Shown here in pieces: positions 1 through 12,035 of a stretch of 64,000 nucleotides of DNA. Origin of the DNA: Squalus acanthias (Eukaryota); assembly GCA_030390025.1 (NCBI GenBank), contig CM059431.1, positions 158,412,001-158,476,000 on the forward strand, written 5' to 3'. The notes beneath the pieces were generated by a model that worked only from the letters and a program-made list of their open reading frames with translations, ran no database searches and had not been told where the DNA came from. Numbering within the stretch: the first letter of the stretch is position 1; every line of letters starts with the position of its first letter. The position numbers and the translations under genes are program-made.

Positions 1-3000
1 GGGCTTGGTCAGTGGGGTGTCAGTGTAGGGCTGGGTCAGTGTGCTGTCGGCTGGTTGCCGGTTCAGTGAATGTCGGTGTTTTGCTGGATCAGTGTGGTGT
101 CGGAGTTTGGCTGGGTCAGTGTGCTGTCGGTGTTGGGCTGGGTAGGTGGGGTGCCGGTGTCGGGTTGGGTCAGAGAGGATGTCGGTTTTGGCCTGGGTAA
201 GTGGTGTGTCTGTGTAAGCCTGGGTCAGTGTGTTTTCGGGTTGTTGCCGGGTCAGTGGATTTCGGTGTTTTGCTGGGTCAGTGAAGTTGTCGGTGTTGGG
301 CTGGGTCAGTCAGTTGTCGGTGTTGGGCTGGGTCAGTGGGGTGTCGGTGTTGGCTGGGTCAGTGGGGTGTCGGTGTTGTGCTGGGTCAGTATGGTGTCGG
401 TGTGGGGCTCGGTAAGTGAGTTGTCGGTGTTGGGCTGGGTCAGTGGGGTGTCGGTGTTGGACTGGGTCAGTGTGGTGTCGGTGTTGGGCTTGGTCAGTGT
501 GGTGTCGGTGTTGGTCTGGGTCAGTGGGTTGTCGGTGTAGGGCTGGGTCAATGTGGTGTCGCTTTTGGTCTGTGTCAGTGTGGTGTCGGTGTTGGTCTGT
601 GTCAGTGTGGTGTCGGTGTTGGTCTGGGTCAGTGGGTTGCCGGTGTACGGCTGGGTCAATGTGGTGTCGGTGTTGGTCTGGGTCAGTGGGGTGTCGGTGT
701 TCGGCTGGGTCAGTGGATTTTCAGTGTTGGGCTGGGTCAGTGGGGTGTCGGTGTTGGGCTGGGTCAGTGGGTTGTCGGTGTTGGGACAGTGTGGTGACGT
801 TGTTGGGTCAGTGGGTTGTCGGTGATGGTCTGGGTCAGTGAGGGTGTCGGTGTTGGGCTGGGTCAGTGGGGTTTCGGTGTTGGGCTGGGTCAGTGGTGTG
901 TCGTTGTAGGGCTGTGTCAGTGGGGTTCGGTGTAGCGCTGGGTCAGTGTGGTGTCGGTGTTGGGCTGGGTCAGTGGGGTGTAGGTGTTGGTCTGGTTCAG
1001 TGAGGGTGTCGGTGTTTGGTCAGTGGGGTGTCGGTGTAGGACTGGGTCAGTGGGGTGTCGGTGTTGGGTCAGCGGGGTATCGGGTTTGGGTCATTGGGGT
1101 GTCGATGTTGGGCTGGGCCAGTGGGGTGCCTGTGTAGGGCTGGGTCAGTTGGGTGTCGGCGTTTGGCTGGGTCAGTTGGAGTCGGTGTCGGGCTTGGTCA
1201 GAGAGGTTGTCGGATTTGGCCTGGGTAACTCGAGTTTCGGTGTATTGCTGTGTCAATGGGTTTTGGTGTTGGGCTGGGTCAGTGTGGTGTCGGTGTCGGA
1301 CTGGATCAGAGAAGATGTCGGTTTGGTTCTCGGTAAGTGGATTGTCTGTGTTGGGCTCGGTCAGTTGTGTGTCGGGTTGGCGCCGAGTCAGTGGGTGTCG
1401 GTGTTGGGCTGGGTCAGTGTGGTGTCGGTGTTGGGTCAATGAGGCTGATGATGTTGGGACTGGGTCAGTGGGGTGTCGCTGTTGAGCTGGGACAGTGGGG
1501 TGTCGGTATAGGACTGAGTCAGTGGGGTGTCGGTGTAAGACTGCGTCAGTGTGGTGTCGGTGTTGGGCTGGGTCAGTGGGGTTTCGGTGTTGGGCTGGGT
1601 GAGTGGGGTGTCGGTGTTGGGCTGGGTCTGTATGGTTTCGGTATTGGGCTGCGTCAGTGGGTTTTCGGTTTTGGGCTGGGTGAGTAGGGCTTCGGTGTTG
1701 GGCTGGGTGAGTAGGGTTTCGGTTTTGGGCTGGGTGAGTGGGGTGTCGGTGTTTGGCTGTGTGAGTGGTGTTTCGGTGTTGCGCTCGATCAGTGGGGTTT
1801 CGTTATATGTCTGTGCCTGTGGGATTTCGGTGTGAGGCTGGGTAAGTGGGGTGTTTGTGTTGGACTGGGTCAGTGGGGTGTCGCTGTCTGGCCAGTGAGG
1901 GATGCAGTGTCGGGCTGGGTCATTGGGGTGTCGGTTTTGGGCTGTGTTAGTGCTATTTCTGTGTTCGGGTGTCTCAGTGGGGTGCCGTTGTAGGTTTGTG
2001 TCAGTGGGGTGTCGATCTTTAGGTAAGGTGTCTTAGGAGTCGCTGTTGGTTCAGTGAGGGTATCGGTGTTGGGTTGGGTATGTGGGGTGTCAGTGTTGGA
2101 TTGTATTAGTGGGCTGGCGTTCTAAGTCTTGTCCAGTGGCGTGTCGGTGTTAGGCTGGGTTAGTGGGGTGTCGGTGTTGGATTGGGTCAGTGAGGTGTCG
2201 GTGTTGGGCTTGGTCAGTGAGTGTCGGTGTCGGGCTGGGTCAGAGAGGATGTCGGTTTTGGCCTGGGTAAGTGGTGTGTCGGTTTAGGACTGGGTCAGTG
2301 GGGTGTCGGTGTTGGGCTGGGTCATTGTGGTGTCGTAGTTGTGCTGGGTCAGTGGGGTGTCGTTGTTGTGCTGTGTCAGTAGGGTTTCTGTACTGAGCTG
2401 CGTCTCTGGGCTGTCGGTGTTGAGTCAGTGCGTGTGTCGGTTTTGGGCTGTGTCAGTGGGGTGTGGGTGTAGGACTTGGTCAGTGGGTTGTCGGTGTTGG
2501 GCTGTGTCAGTGGGGTGTCGTTGTAGGACTTGGTCAGTGGGGTGTCGGTGTTGGGCTGTGTCAGTGGGGTATCGGTGTAGGACTTGGTCAGTGGGGTGTC
2601 GGTGTTGGGCTGTTTCAGTGGGGTGTTGGTGTAGGACTTGGTCAGTGGGGTGTCGGTGTTGGGCTGTGTCAGTGGGGTGTCGGTGTAGGACTGGGTCAGT
2701 GGGGTGTCGGTGTTCGTCTGGGTCAGTGGGGTGTCGGTGTTGGGCTGCGACAGTGGGGTGTCGGTGTTGGGCTGGGACAGTGGGGTGTCGGTGTTGGTCT
2801 GCGACAGTGGGGTGTCAATGTAGGGCTGGGTCAGTGCGGAGTCGGTGTTGGGCTGGGTCAGTGGGGTGTCGGAGTAGGGCTGTGTCAGTGGCATGTCGGT
2901 GTTGGGCTGGGTCACTGGGGTGTCGGTGTAGGGCTGGGTCAGTGGGGTGTCGGTGTTGGGCTGGGTCAGTGGGGTGTCGGTGTTGGGCTGTGTCAGTGGG

Positions 3001-6000
3001 GTGTCGGTGTTAGGCTGGGTCAGTGGGGTGTCGTTGTTGGGCTTCGTCAGTGGGGTGTCGGAGTGTGGCTCTGTCAGTGGGGTGTCGGTGTAGGGCTGGG
3101 TCAGTGGGGTGTCGGTGTTGGGTCAGTGGGGTGTCGGTGCAGGACTGGGTCAGTGGGGTGTCGGTGTTGGTTCAGTGGGGTATCGGGTTTGGCTCATTGG
3201 GGTGTCGGTGTTGGGCTGGGACAGTGGGGTGTCGATGTAGGGCTGGGTGAGTGCGGAGTCGGTGTTGGGCTGGGTCAGTGGGGTGTCGGAGTAGGGCTAT
3301 GTCAGTGGCATGTCGGTGTTGGGCTGGGTCACTGGGGTGTCGGTGTAGGGCTGGGTCAGTGGGGTGTCGGTGTTGGGCTGGGTCAGTGGGGTGTCGGTGT
3401 TGGGCTGTGTCAGTGGGGTTGTCGGTGTTGGGTCAGTGGGGTGTCGGTGTAGGACTGGGTCAGTGGGGTGTCGGTGTTGGTTCAGTGGGGTATCGGGTTT
3501 GGCTCATTAGGGTGTCGGTGTTGGGCTGGGACAGTGGGGTGTCGGTGTTGGGCTGGGACTGTGGGGTGTCGATGTAGGGCTGGGTCAGTGCGGAGTCGGT
3601 GTTGGGCTGAGTCAGTGGGGTGTCGGAGTAGGGCTGTGTCAGTGGCATGTCGGTGTTGGGCTGGGTCACTGGGGTGTCGGTGTAGGGCTGGGTCAGTGGG
3701 GTGTCGGTGTTGGGCTGGGTCAGTGGGGTGTCGGTGTTGGGCTGTGTCAGTGGGGTGTCGGTGTTGGGCTGTGTCAGTGGGGTGTCGGTGTTGGGCTGTG
3801 TCAGTGGGGTGTCGTTGTTGGGCTGTGTCAGTGGGGTGTCGTTGTTGGGCTTCGTCAGTGGGGTGTCGGAGTGTGGCTCTGTCAGTGGGGTGATGGTGTA
3901 GGGCTGGGTCAGTGGGGTGTCGGTGTTGGTCTGGGTCAGTGGGGTGTCGGTGTTGGGTCACTGGGGTATCGGTGTAGGACTGGGTCAGTGGGGTGTCGGT
4001 GTTGGTTCAGTGGGGTATCGGGTTTGGCTCATTGGGGTGTCGATGTTGGGCTTGGACAGTGGGGTGTCGGTGTTTGTCTTGGTCAGTTGGTGTCGGTGTA
4101 GGGCTTGGTCAGAGAGGATGTCGGATTTGGCCTGGGTAACTCGAGTTTCGGTGTATGGCTGTGTCAATGGGTTTTGGTGTTGGGCTGGGTCAGTGTCGTG
4201 TCGGTGTCGGACTGGATCAGAGATGATGTCGGTTTTCTTCTGGGTAAGTGGATTGTCTGTGTTGGGCTCGGTCAGTTGTGTGTCGGGTTGGCGCCGAGTC
4301 AGTGGGTTTCGGTGTTGGGCTGGGTCAGTATGTTGTCGGTGTTGGGCTGGGTCTGACGGGTATCGTAGTAGGAATTGATCAGTGCGGTGTCGGTGTTGGG
4401 CTGGGTCAGTGTGGTGTCGGTGTTGGGTCAATGAGGTTGTTGATGTTGGGACTCTGTCAGTGGGGTGTCGCTGTTGAGCTGGGACAGTGGGGTTTCGGTA
4501 TAGGACTGGGTCAGTGGGGTGTCGGTGTAAGACTGTGTCAGTGGGATGTCGGTGTTGGGCTGGGCCAGTGGGGTTTCGGTGTTGGACTGGGTCAGTGGGG
4601 TGGCGGTGTTGGGCTGGGTCTGTATGGTTTCGGTATTGGCTGAGTCAGTGGGATTTCAGTGTTGGGCTGTGTCAGTGCGGTGTCGGTGTTGGGCTGGGTC
4701 AGTGGGGTGTCGGTGTTGGGCTTCGTCAGTGGGGTGTCGGAGTGTGGCTCTGTCAGTGGGGTGATGGTGTAGGGCTGGGTCAGTGGGTTTCGGTGTTGGG
4801 CTGGGTCAGTGTGTTGTCGGTGTTGAGCTGGGTCTGACGGGTATCGTAGTAGGACTTGATCAGTGCGGTGTCGGTGTTGGGCTGGGTCAGTGTGGTGTCG
4901 GTGTTGGGTCAATGAGGTTGTTGATGTTGGGACTTTGTCAGTGGGGTGTCGCTGTTGAGCTGGGACAGTGGGGTTTCGGTATAGGACTGGGTCAGTGGGG
5001 TGTCGGTGTAAGACTGGGTCAGTGGGATGTCGGTGTTGGGCTGGGCCAGTGGGGTTTCGGTGTTGGACTGGGTCAGTGGGGTGGCGGTGTTGGGCTGGGT
5101 CTGTATGGTTTCGGTATTGGCTGAGTCAGTGGGATTTCAGTTTTGGGCTGTGTCAGTGGGATTTCGGTGTTGGGCTGGGTGAGTAGCGTTTCGGTGTTGG
5201 GCTGGGTGAGTGGGGTGTCGGTGTTGGGCTGGGTCTGTATGGTTTCGGTATTGGGCTCTGTCAGTGGGTTTCGGTGTTGGGCTGGGTGAGTAGGGTTTCG
5301 GTGTTGGGCTGGGTGAGTAGGGTTTCATAGTTGGGCAGGCTGAGTGGGATGTCGGTGTCGGGCTGGGTGAGTGGGGTGTCGGTGTTGCGGTCGATCAGTG
5401 GGGTTTCGTTATATGTCTGTGCCTGTGGGATTCCTGTGTGGGGCTGGGTAAGTGTTGTGTTTGTGTTGGGCTGGGACAGTGGAGTGTCGCTGTCTGGCCA
5501 GTGAGGGATTCACCGTCGGGCTGGATCATTGGGGTGTCGGTTTTGGGCTGTGTTAGTGGTATTTCTGTGTTCGGGTTTCTCAGTGGGGTGCCGTTGTAGG
5601 TCTGTGTCATTGGGGTGTCGATCTTTAGGTAAGGTGTCTGAGGTATCGCTGTTGGGTCAGTGAGGGTATCGGATTTGGGTTGCGTCTGTGCGGTGTCAGT
5701 GTTGGATTATGTCAGTGGGCTGGCGGTCTAAGTCTTGTCCAGTGGGGTGTCGGTGTTGGGCTGGGTTAGTGGGGTGTCGGTGTTGGATTGGGTCAGTGAG
5801 GTGTCGGTGTTGGGCTTGGCCAGTGAGTGTCGGTGTCGGTCTGGATCAGTGAGGATGTCGGTTTTGGACTTGTTAAGTGGTGTGTCGGTTAAGGACTGAG
5901 TCTATGGGGAGTCGGTGTTGGGCTGGGTCATTGTGGTGTCGTTGTTCTGCTGGGTCAGTGGGGTGTCGTTGTTGTGCTGTGTTAGTAGGGTTTCGGTATT

Positions 6001-7336
6001 GAGCTGTGTCTCAGGGTTGTCGGTGTGGGTCAGTGCGTGTATAGGTTTTGGGCTGTGTCAGTGTGGTGTCGGTGTAGGACTTGGTCAGTGAGGTGTCGGT
6101 GTTGGGCTTGTCAGTGTGGTGTCGATGTAGGATTGGTCAGAGGGGTGTCGGTGTTGGGCTGTGTCAGTGGGGTGTCGGTGCAGGACTTGGTCAGTGGGGT
6201 GTCGGCTTTGGCCTGGGTAACTCGAGTTTCGGTGTATGGCTGTGTCAATGGGTTTTGGTGTTGGGCTGGGTCAGTGTGGTGTCGGTGTCGGACTGGATCA
6301 GAGATGATGTCGGTTTTGTTCTGGGTAAGTGGATTGTCTGTGTTGGGCTCGGTCAGTTGTGTGTCGGGTTTGCATTGAGTCAGTGGGTGTCGGTGTTGGG
6401 CTGGGTAACTGTGTTGTCGGTGTTGGGCTGGGTCTGTCGGGTATCGTAGTAGGACTTGATCAGTGCGGTGTCGGTGTTGGGCTGGGTCAGTGTGGTGTCG
6501 GTGTTGAGTCAATGAGGCTGTTGATGTTGGGACTGGGTCAGTGGGGTGTCGCTGTTGAGCTGGGACAGTGGGGTTTCGGTATAGGACTGGGTCAGTGGGG
6601 TGTCGGTTTAAGACTGGGTCAGTGGGGTGTCGGTGTTCGTCTGGGTCAGTGGGGTGTCGGTATTGTGCTGGGTCAGTGGGGTGTCGGTGTTGGCCTGGGT
6701 CAGTGGGGTGTCGGAGTAAGACTGGGTCAGTGGGCTGTCAGTCTTCGTCTGGGTCAGTGGGGTGTCGGTGTTGGGCTGTGTCAGTGGTGTGTCGGTGTTG
6801 GGCTGGGACAGTGGGCTGTCGGTGTGCGGAATTGGTCTGTGGGGTGTCGGAGTGTGGCTGTGTGAGTTGGGTGTCGGTGTAGGGCTGGGTCAGTGGGGTG
6901 TCGGTGTAGGGTTGGGGTAGTGGGGTGTCGGTGTTGGGCTGGGTCAGTGGGGTGTCGGTGTTGGGCTGGGACAGTGAGGTGTTGGTGTGCGGAATGGGTC
7001 TGTGGGGTGTCGGAGTGTGGCTGTGTGAGTCGGGTGTCGGTGTAGGGCTGGGTCAGTCGGGTGTCGGTGTAGGGCTGGTTCAGTGTGGTGTCGGTGTAGG
7101 GCTGGGTCAGTGGGGTGTCGGTGTAGTGCATGGTGAGTGTGGTGTCGGTGCTGGTCTGCGTGAGTTGGTTGTTGTTGTGTAGCTGGGTCAGTGATAATGT
7201 CGGGGCAGGTCCGGGAGGGTGTTGGGGCTGGTGAGAGAGGGTGTTGGGGCTGGTCAGAGAGTGTGTTGGGGTTGGGTCAGAGAGGCTGTTGGGGTTGGAG
7301 CAGTGAGGGTGTCGGGACTGGTTCAGTGAGGGTGTC
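1..7336. repeat. G/T-rich degenerate minisatellite, 27-bp monomer GTCGGTGTTGGGCTGGGTCAGTGGGGT, with higher-order duplications
   Basis: The monomer is directly visible and translates as 9-aa repeats (GVGLGQWGV / TQPNTDTPL). Diagnostic variant blocks recur, e.g. ggtatcgtagtagga near 4359, 4840 and 6440, and 1790-2460 resembles 5390-6060. Confidence 0.97.
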
Positions 7337-7803
7337 CTAAAATGCCACCTTCCATACCAGTGCTTCTGACATGTCTTCCTTTTTCCTCAACGAGGATTCC
7401 CCGCTACATTGGTTGACACGGCGCTTCAACGTGTCCGTTCTATCTCCCGCAGTTCTGCCCTCATCCCTACTTCTCCTTCCCGGAACCACGACAGAGTTCC
7501 CCTTGTCCTCAACTTTCACCCCACCAGCCTCCACATTCAACGGATCAACCGCCACCATTTCCGACACCTCCAGCGTGATCACACCACCAAACGCATCTTC
7601 TCCTCACCTCCACTTTCAGCATTCCATAGGGACCGCTCCCTCTGCGAAAGCCTAGTTCACTTCTCTGTCACTCCCAACAACCCTTCCCCTTCGCCCGGCA
7701 CCTTCCCGTGCAAACGCAGGAGATGCAAAACATGCCCTTATACCACCATCCTTCCAGCTGTCCAGGGTCCAAAACAACCCTTCCAGGTGATACAGCGATT
7801 TAA

Positions 7804-8331
7804 GTAAAAAGGAGGCGTAAGACCCCTTTTGAACAAGGTAAGTAGCTAATTAAGTATAAGTTTAAATAGTTTTCAACAGATTTATCTTCTTTAGAAACTT
7901 TAAAGAAAGGTAAGTTTATTTTTATAACTTTTAAAAAGAATTTAAATTTTTTCAAAAATTTAAATTTTAGTTTAAAGTGGTTAATTTATTTAACTATATT
8001 TATTTTATTAATGTGATGGTTTTTTTTAAATTTATTTGCGGTTCAGCTGTTCTTTTTGGACCGATTTCAATTCACAGATTTGACAGGTTCTCCTGTCAAA
8101 ACTATGAATGAAAGATGGTCTGCTGCCATTGGCTCTCCATGGCCCACGTGATCCCCGGATTTGCATCGCACTAACTGCGCCCCTGGGGCACGCAAGCACT
8201 GCGCGCCGGCACTAGGGAGAGGCCCAGGACCCGAAGTTCCTATGGGCCCAAAACACAACGGCAGACGCGGTAGGTAAGAGCGCGCGCGGTCCTTACCCCT
8301 GCGGCAAGCCGGCCACCCGAATTTCTAGGCC
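7804..8331. mobile_element. Truncated non-autonomous DNA transposon (Harbinger-related MITE), one terminus only
   Basis: It interrupts the Penelope ORF and ends GAATTTCTAGGCC|AAT, resembling the right end GAATTTCTGGCCC|AAT of the 8818-12475 element. The interior is AT-rich and the subterminal region is CpG-rich. Confidence 0.7.
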
Positions 8332-9580
8332 AATGTATTCGCTGCTCACGATGTGGTCTCCTCTACATTGGGGAGACCAAACGCAGCTTCGGTGATCGCT
8401 TTGCGGAACACCTGCGTTCATTCCGTAAGGGGGACCCCGAGCTTCCGGTCGCCTGTCACTTTATCTCACCGCTCCAACCCACTCAAGCCTCACCAACCTC
8501 GGCCTCTTGCATTGTTACACGGAAGCTCAGCGTAAGCTCGAGGAACAGCACCTCAATTTCCGATTAGGCACTTTATAGCCTTCTGGACTCAAAATAGAGT
8601 TCAACAATTTCAGGTTATAACCTCGGCCCCTAACATCTATATATATATATATATGTATATGTTTTTTATCCACACTCTTTGTCTGTCTTATTGTTCTTTT
8701 CCCCCACATGGCAGCTGTCTTTCATTCTGCCAGCGCAATTTACACTTCATCGAGAGCCATCGTTTGTTTCTTAATTTGTCCCATTACCATCTCCTTTTGC
8801 CTTGAATATCTCTTATTGGCCCAAAAATTCATCCTGGTGCGCGAGAGTACGCACTGCGTACACTCGCGTATTCCCTCTTCAATTGCCGGTTTTCTGCATG
8901 CACTACGCATGCGCTGAAAACCGGCACTTCATGTCTGGTCAGTTTCATGGATATGCGAGTAATCGCGTGGGCTGGTGATTCTGCGCGTGCGTCGGAAAAT
9001 TCATGTATTTTGTGAATGAGAGTAGTGTGTGTAAGCTCCGAGCAGTTACACATTTTAAAACCAGGAGCAGCAGCCATTTATACATTTGCCGAGATAAGTA
9101 GGAGGAAGAAATCCTTTTGGAGTGTGGCTACTGAGGTGAGTTTTTTAAATTTGAAAGACACAAAAGTTTTAAATGAAGTCTTATATAAGTTAAGAGTTTT
9201 AAAAAAAAATTAAAAACGGGTTTTGACCATTTGGAGTAGTATAGCAACTGTGGGTGTGTACAAGGCATATTTAGGTATCTATCTGTGAAAATGAAAGTTT
9301 AAAAATGAACTGTTTACGTTTCAAAAAGTTTTAAAGATGAAAATGAGTAAGTAAGTAAGTATGTATGTATGTATGTATGAATTTATGAAAATGTTACAGG
9401 TTTGGAAAATCAGCTAGGGCCGTGTGGCGGGTAGATGTGTTCCCAAGCTGATAGCGCACGTGTCCCACCATAGCCTGACCTGATTTTATAGCCACTCACT
9501 TAACTAAAGTTACTTTAACAACTATTTCCATTTTTTCATTACAACTTTCAGTTTGAGGAGGAAGCCTGTGTGAGAGAAAG

Positions 9581-10732
9581 ATGCCCTTTTGCAATCGATT
9601 GTTCTTCCTCCTCTGTGTGATTACGTATCTGAGAATTTTCGAATACAGACAACGAATCAGACAGAGGAACCAAGCCCGTCTCCTCCAGAGAAGGAGAAAC
9701 TACTACCCACCAAATAGAGTGTACAGGCAGAGGCTGTCATTTGAGATGCTGTCGGAGGAGCTGTGTGTGAGGAGGCTGCGCTTCAGTAAAGAGTCAATTG
9801 GCCGAATCTGTGAGATGTTACAGGAGGACCTTCAAACACGCACGAAGAACCGCAATGCATTGTCACTGAGCATGAAGGTAACCACAGCTCTGAACTTCTT
9901 TGCAAGTGGGACTTTTCAGGCAAGCACCGGTGACATTTGCAACATATCCAAGAATGCTGCGAGGGCCTGCATTCAGCAGGTCACAGAAGCCATTTACCGT
10001 AGGACTTCTGAGTTCATTAAGTATGACTTGTCTGCTCGCCATCAAAAGGAGATGGCGCTTGCATTTCATAACATTGCTGGATTCCCCAAAGTGATTGGGG
10101 CTGTCGATGGAACCCATGTAGCATTGAAGGCACCAGGGGTTGCACCTGTGACATTTATCAACAGGAAGGGGTTTCATTCACTGAATGTCCAGATTGTCTG
10201 TGATGCGCATCTCAGGATCTTAAATGTGAATGCAGGTAACCGTGGAAGTAATCATGACTCCTTCGTCCTCCGTAACTCTGACTTATATGGCGTCCTCAAC
10301 GCATTGCCTCCAGGATCCGCATGGATATTGGGCGACAAGGGCTACCCGCTAAGACCATGGCTGATGACTCCCTACCGCAAGACCAATAATGAGGCTCAGG
10401 AGAGATACAACCAGGCACACGTGTCCACACGGCAAGTGGTGGAGAGGACAATTGGAGTTCTGAAATCACGCTTTCGGTGCCTGGACAGGTCAGGGGGGAC
10501 CTTGCAGTATTCTCCTCAGAAAGTGGCAAAGATTGTGGTGGCCTGTTGTGCTTTGCATAACTTTGCCCTGCAGGAAGGACTGACCCTTAACGCTGCAGAT
10601 GAACTACCTGCAGAAATGGAGGACGTGGACAATGCCAATGTGCCTGTGGGAAGGCATGATGGGGAAGAGCCAACTGCTGCTCAAAGTAAGGCTGCAAGGG
10701 AGCAGCTGGTAGCCAACACCTTCACGAGGTAG
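9581..10732 (+). CDS. HARBI1-like DDE transposase, 383 aa, uninterrupted
   Basis: Motifs: RLRFSKESI; KVTTALNFFASGTFQ (HTH region); GFPKVIGAVDGTHV; NRKGFHSLNVQIVCD; GSNHDSFVL; LGDKGYPLRPWLMTP; VERTIGVLKSRFRCL; ACCALHN. A splice acceptor tttcag ends at 9551 and AATAAA lies at ~10906. Confidence 0.95.
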   Translation: MPFCNRLFFLLCVITYLRIFEYRQRIRQRNQARLLQRRRNYYPPNRVYRQRLSFEMLSEELCVRRLRFSKESIGRICEMLQEDLQTRTKNRNALSLSMKVTTALNFFASGTFQASTGDICNISKNAARACIQQVTEAIYRRTSEFIKYDLSARHQKEMALAFHNIAGFPKVIGAVDGTHVALKAPGVAPVTFINRKGFHSLNVQIVCDAHLRILNVNAGNRGSNHDSFVLRNSDLYGVLNALPPGSAWILGDKGYPLRPWLMTPYRKTNNEAQERYNQAHVSTRQVVERTIGVLKSRFRCLDRSGGTLQYSPQKVAKIVVACCALHNFALQEGLTLNAADELPAEMEDVDNANVPVGRHDGEEPTAAQSKAAREQLVANTFTR

Positions 10733-10743
10733 TGTCGCCTTGT

Positions 10744-10892
10744 CCCTCCCCCTCCCCTCTCCCCCTCCCCCCTCCCCTCTCCCCCTCCCCCTCCCCTCTC
10801 CCCCTCCCCCTCCCCTCTCCCCTCTCCCCCTCCCCCTCCCTATCCCCATCCCTCTCCCCATCCCTCTCCCTCTCCCCCTCCCCCTCCCTCTC
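10744..10892. repeat. Polypyrimidine (CCCCCT/CCCTCT)n tract
   Basis: Nearly pure C/T run immediately after the transposase stop codon. Confidence 0.95.
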
Positions 10893-10989
10893 CACCAGCA
10901 AGGCAAATAAAGGTACAGACACAATTTAAAGTGAAACAGTGCTCTTTTATTGCAGCATTACAGACTTCTGAGGTTCATTGTTGCTTTAC

Positions 10990-11406
10990 GGGCAACACGG
11001 TGGCATAGTGGTTAGCACTGGTGCCTCACAGCGCCAGAGACCCGGGTTCGAATCTGACCTCGGGTGACTGTCTGTGTGGAGTTTGCACATTCTCCCCGTG
11101 TCTGCGTGGGTTTCCTCCGGGTGCTCCGGTTTCCTCCCACAGTCCAAAAATGTGTGGGTTAGGTTGATTTGGCTATGATAAATTGACCCTTAGTGTTAGG
11201 GGGGATTAAATATGTGGGGTGATGGGATATGTTAGGGGGAATTAAATACGTGGGGTTACGGGGGTAGGGTGGGATATGTGTACTGTGGGGATTAAAGCAG
11301 GGACAGGGTACTGGATTTGGATGATCAGCCATGATCGTATTGAATGGCGGAGCAGGCTCGACGGGCCGAATGGCCTACTCCTGCTCCTAGATTCTATGTT
11401 TCTATG
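10990..11406 (+). mobile_element. tRNA-derived V-SINE (HE1-like) with CR1-type 3' tail, inserted in the Harbinger element
   Basis: A box TGGCATAGTGG, B box GGTTCGAATC, V-domain gtggagtttgcacattctccccgtgtctgcgtggg, and tail gatcagccatgatc...ggcctactcctgctcct(TTCTATG). TTTAC lies on both sides (10985-10989, 11407-11411). Confidence 0.92.
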
Positions 11407-11820
11407 TTTACATAGTTTATAACTTTTCAATGTTAACTAGCTACTTTTCAAATTTGTAAACAATCGTAAACAGAAATAGGTTTTTCAAAAATTTGTTAAC
11501 AGTTCTCAGTAACTTTTTTGCTTCGTTAATGCAGTAAAGACATTCAAGATGGGAAATAACTCTTTCCTATATGTAAACAAGTTTAAATGTTCAATTTTTT
11601 TGTGAAAATAAACAATTTGAATTTTTATAAAGTGACTAAAGGCTGTACTTTTTCAATGAAAAGCTAACTTTCAGTTTCAGTGTCAAATATATATATAAAT
11701 AAAGAAAAATGTAAACATGTAAGTCTTAAATAAAACCAAAAAGTAAACACTTGAGAAATTTAACCACAAATAAACTATTCCTGAGGGTCAATGGATGTGC
11801 ATTGTGGAACATGCAACACC

Positions 11821-12035
11821 CTAACGTCTCTTGCGCTTTCTTGATTGCATCATCGTTGGTGGCTCTTGGACCTGCACTGATTCTGCGCTGGGAGCAGGTA
11901 AGGTTGGTTCTGATGGAGTCACAGTAATTGCAGCAGAAATTATTCGCATGAGTCCTTCAAGAGACTCATTTATTTTACTAAGCTGCACTCCCACCAGTCC
12001 TTCAAGAAACTCATTTAATTTACTAAGTTAAATCT
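11821..12035 (-). pseudogene. Terminal-exon remnant of the Harbinger second (Myb/SANT-like partner) gene
   Basis: After acceptor tttttttcag, 12027-11821 reads LSKLNEFLEGLVGVQLSKINESLEGLMRIISAAITVTPSEPTLPAPSAESVQVQEPPTMMQSRKRKRR*. It has an amphipathic repeat and a basic NLS-like end, is convergent with the transposase, and is preceded by an in-frame TAA. No Myb domain is visible. Confidence 0.6.

Noticed and set aside
12..7182. Long Gly/Val/Trp/Cys- or Thr/Pro-rich ORFs (e.g. 329-aa GVGLGQW) resembling elastin, keratin-associated or mucin proteins
   Set aside because: They arise in several frames on both strands from a 27-bp repeat poor in stop codons, mostly without a true ATG, signal peptide or unique domain, and with frequent frame-breaking indels.
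1..7336. Telomeric repeat array
   Set aside because: G-rich, but no tandem TTAGGG is present.
9581..10732. Domesticated host gene HARBI1
   Set aside because: The ORF lies between TIRs inside an element that interrupts a Penelope copy, so it is a transposon copy and no gene symbol is assigned.
10990..11065. tRNA gene (also 20770-20840 and 61915-61965)
   Set aside because: It is the tRNA-derived head of a SINE, followed by a V-domain and LINE tail.
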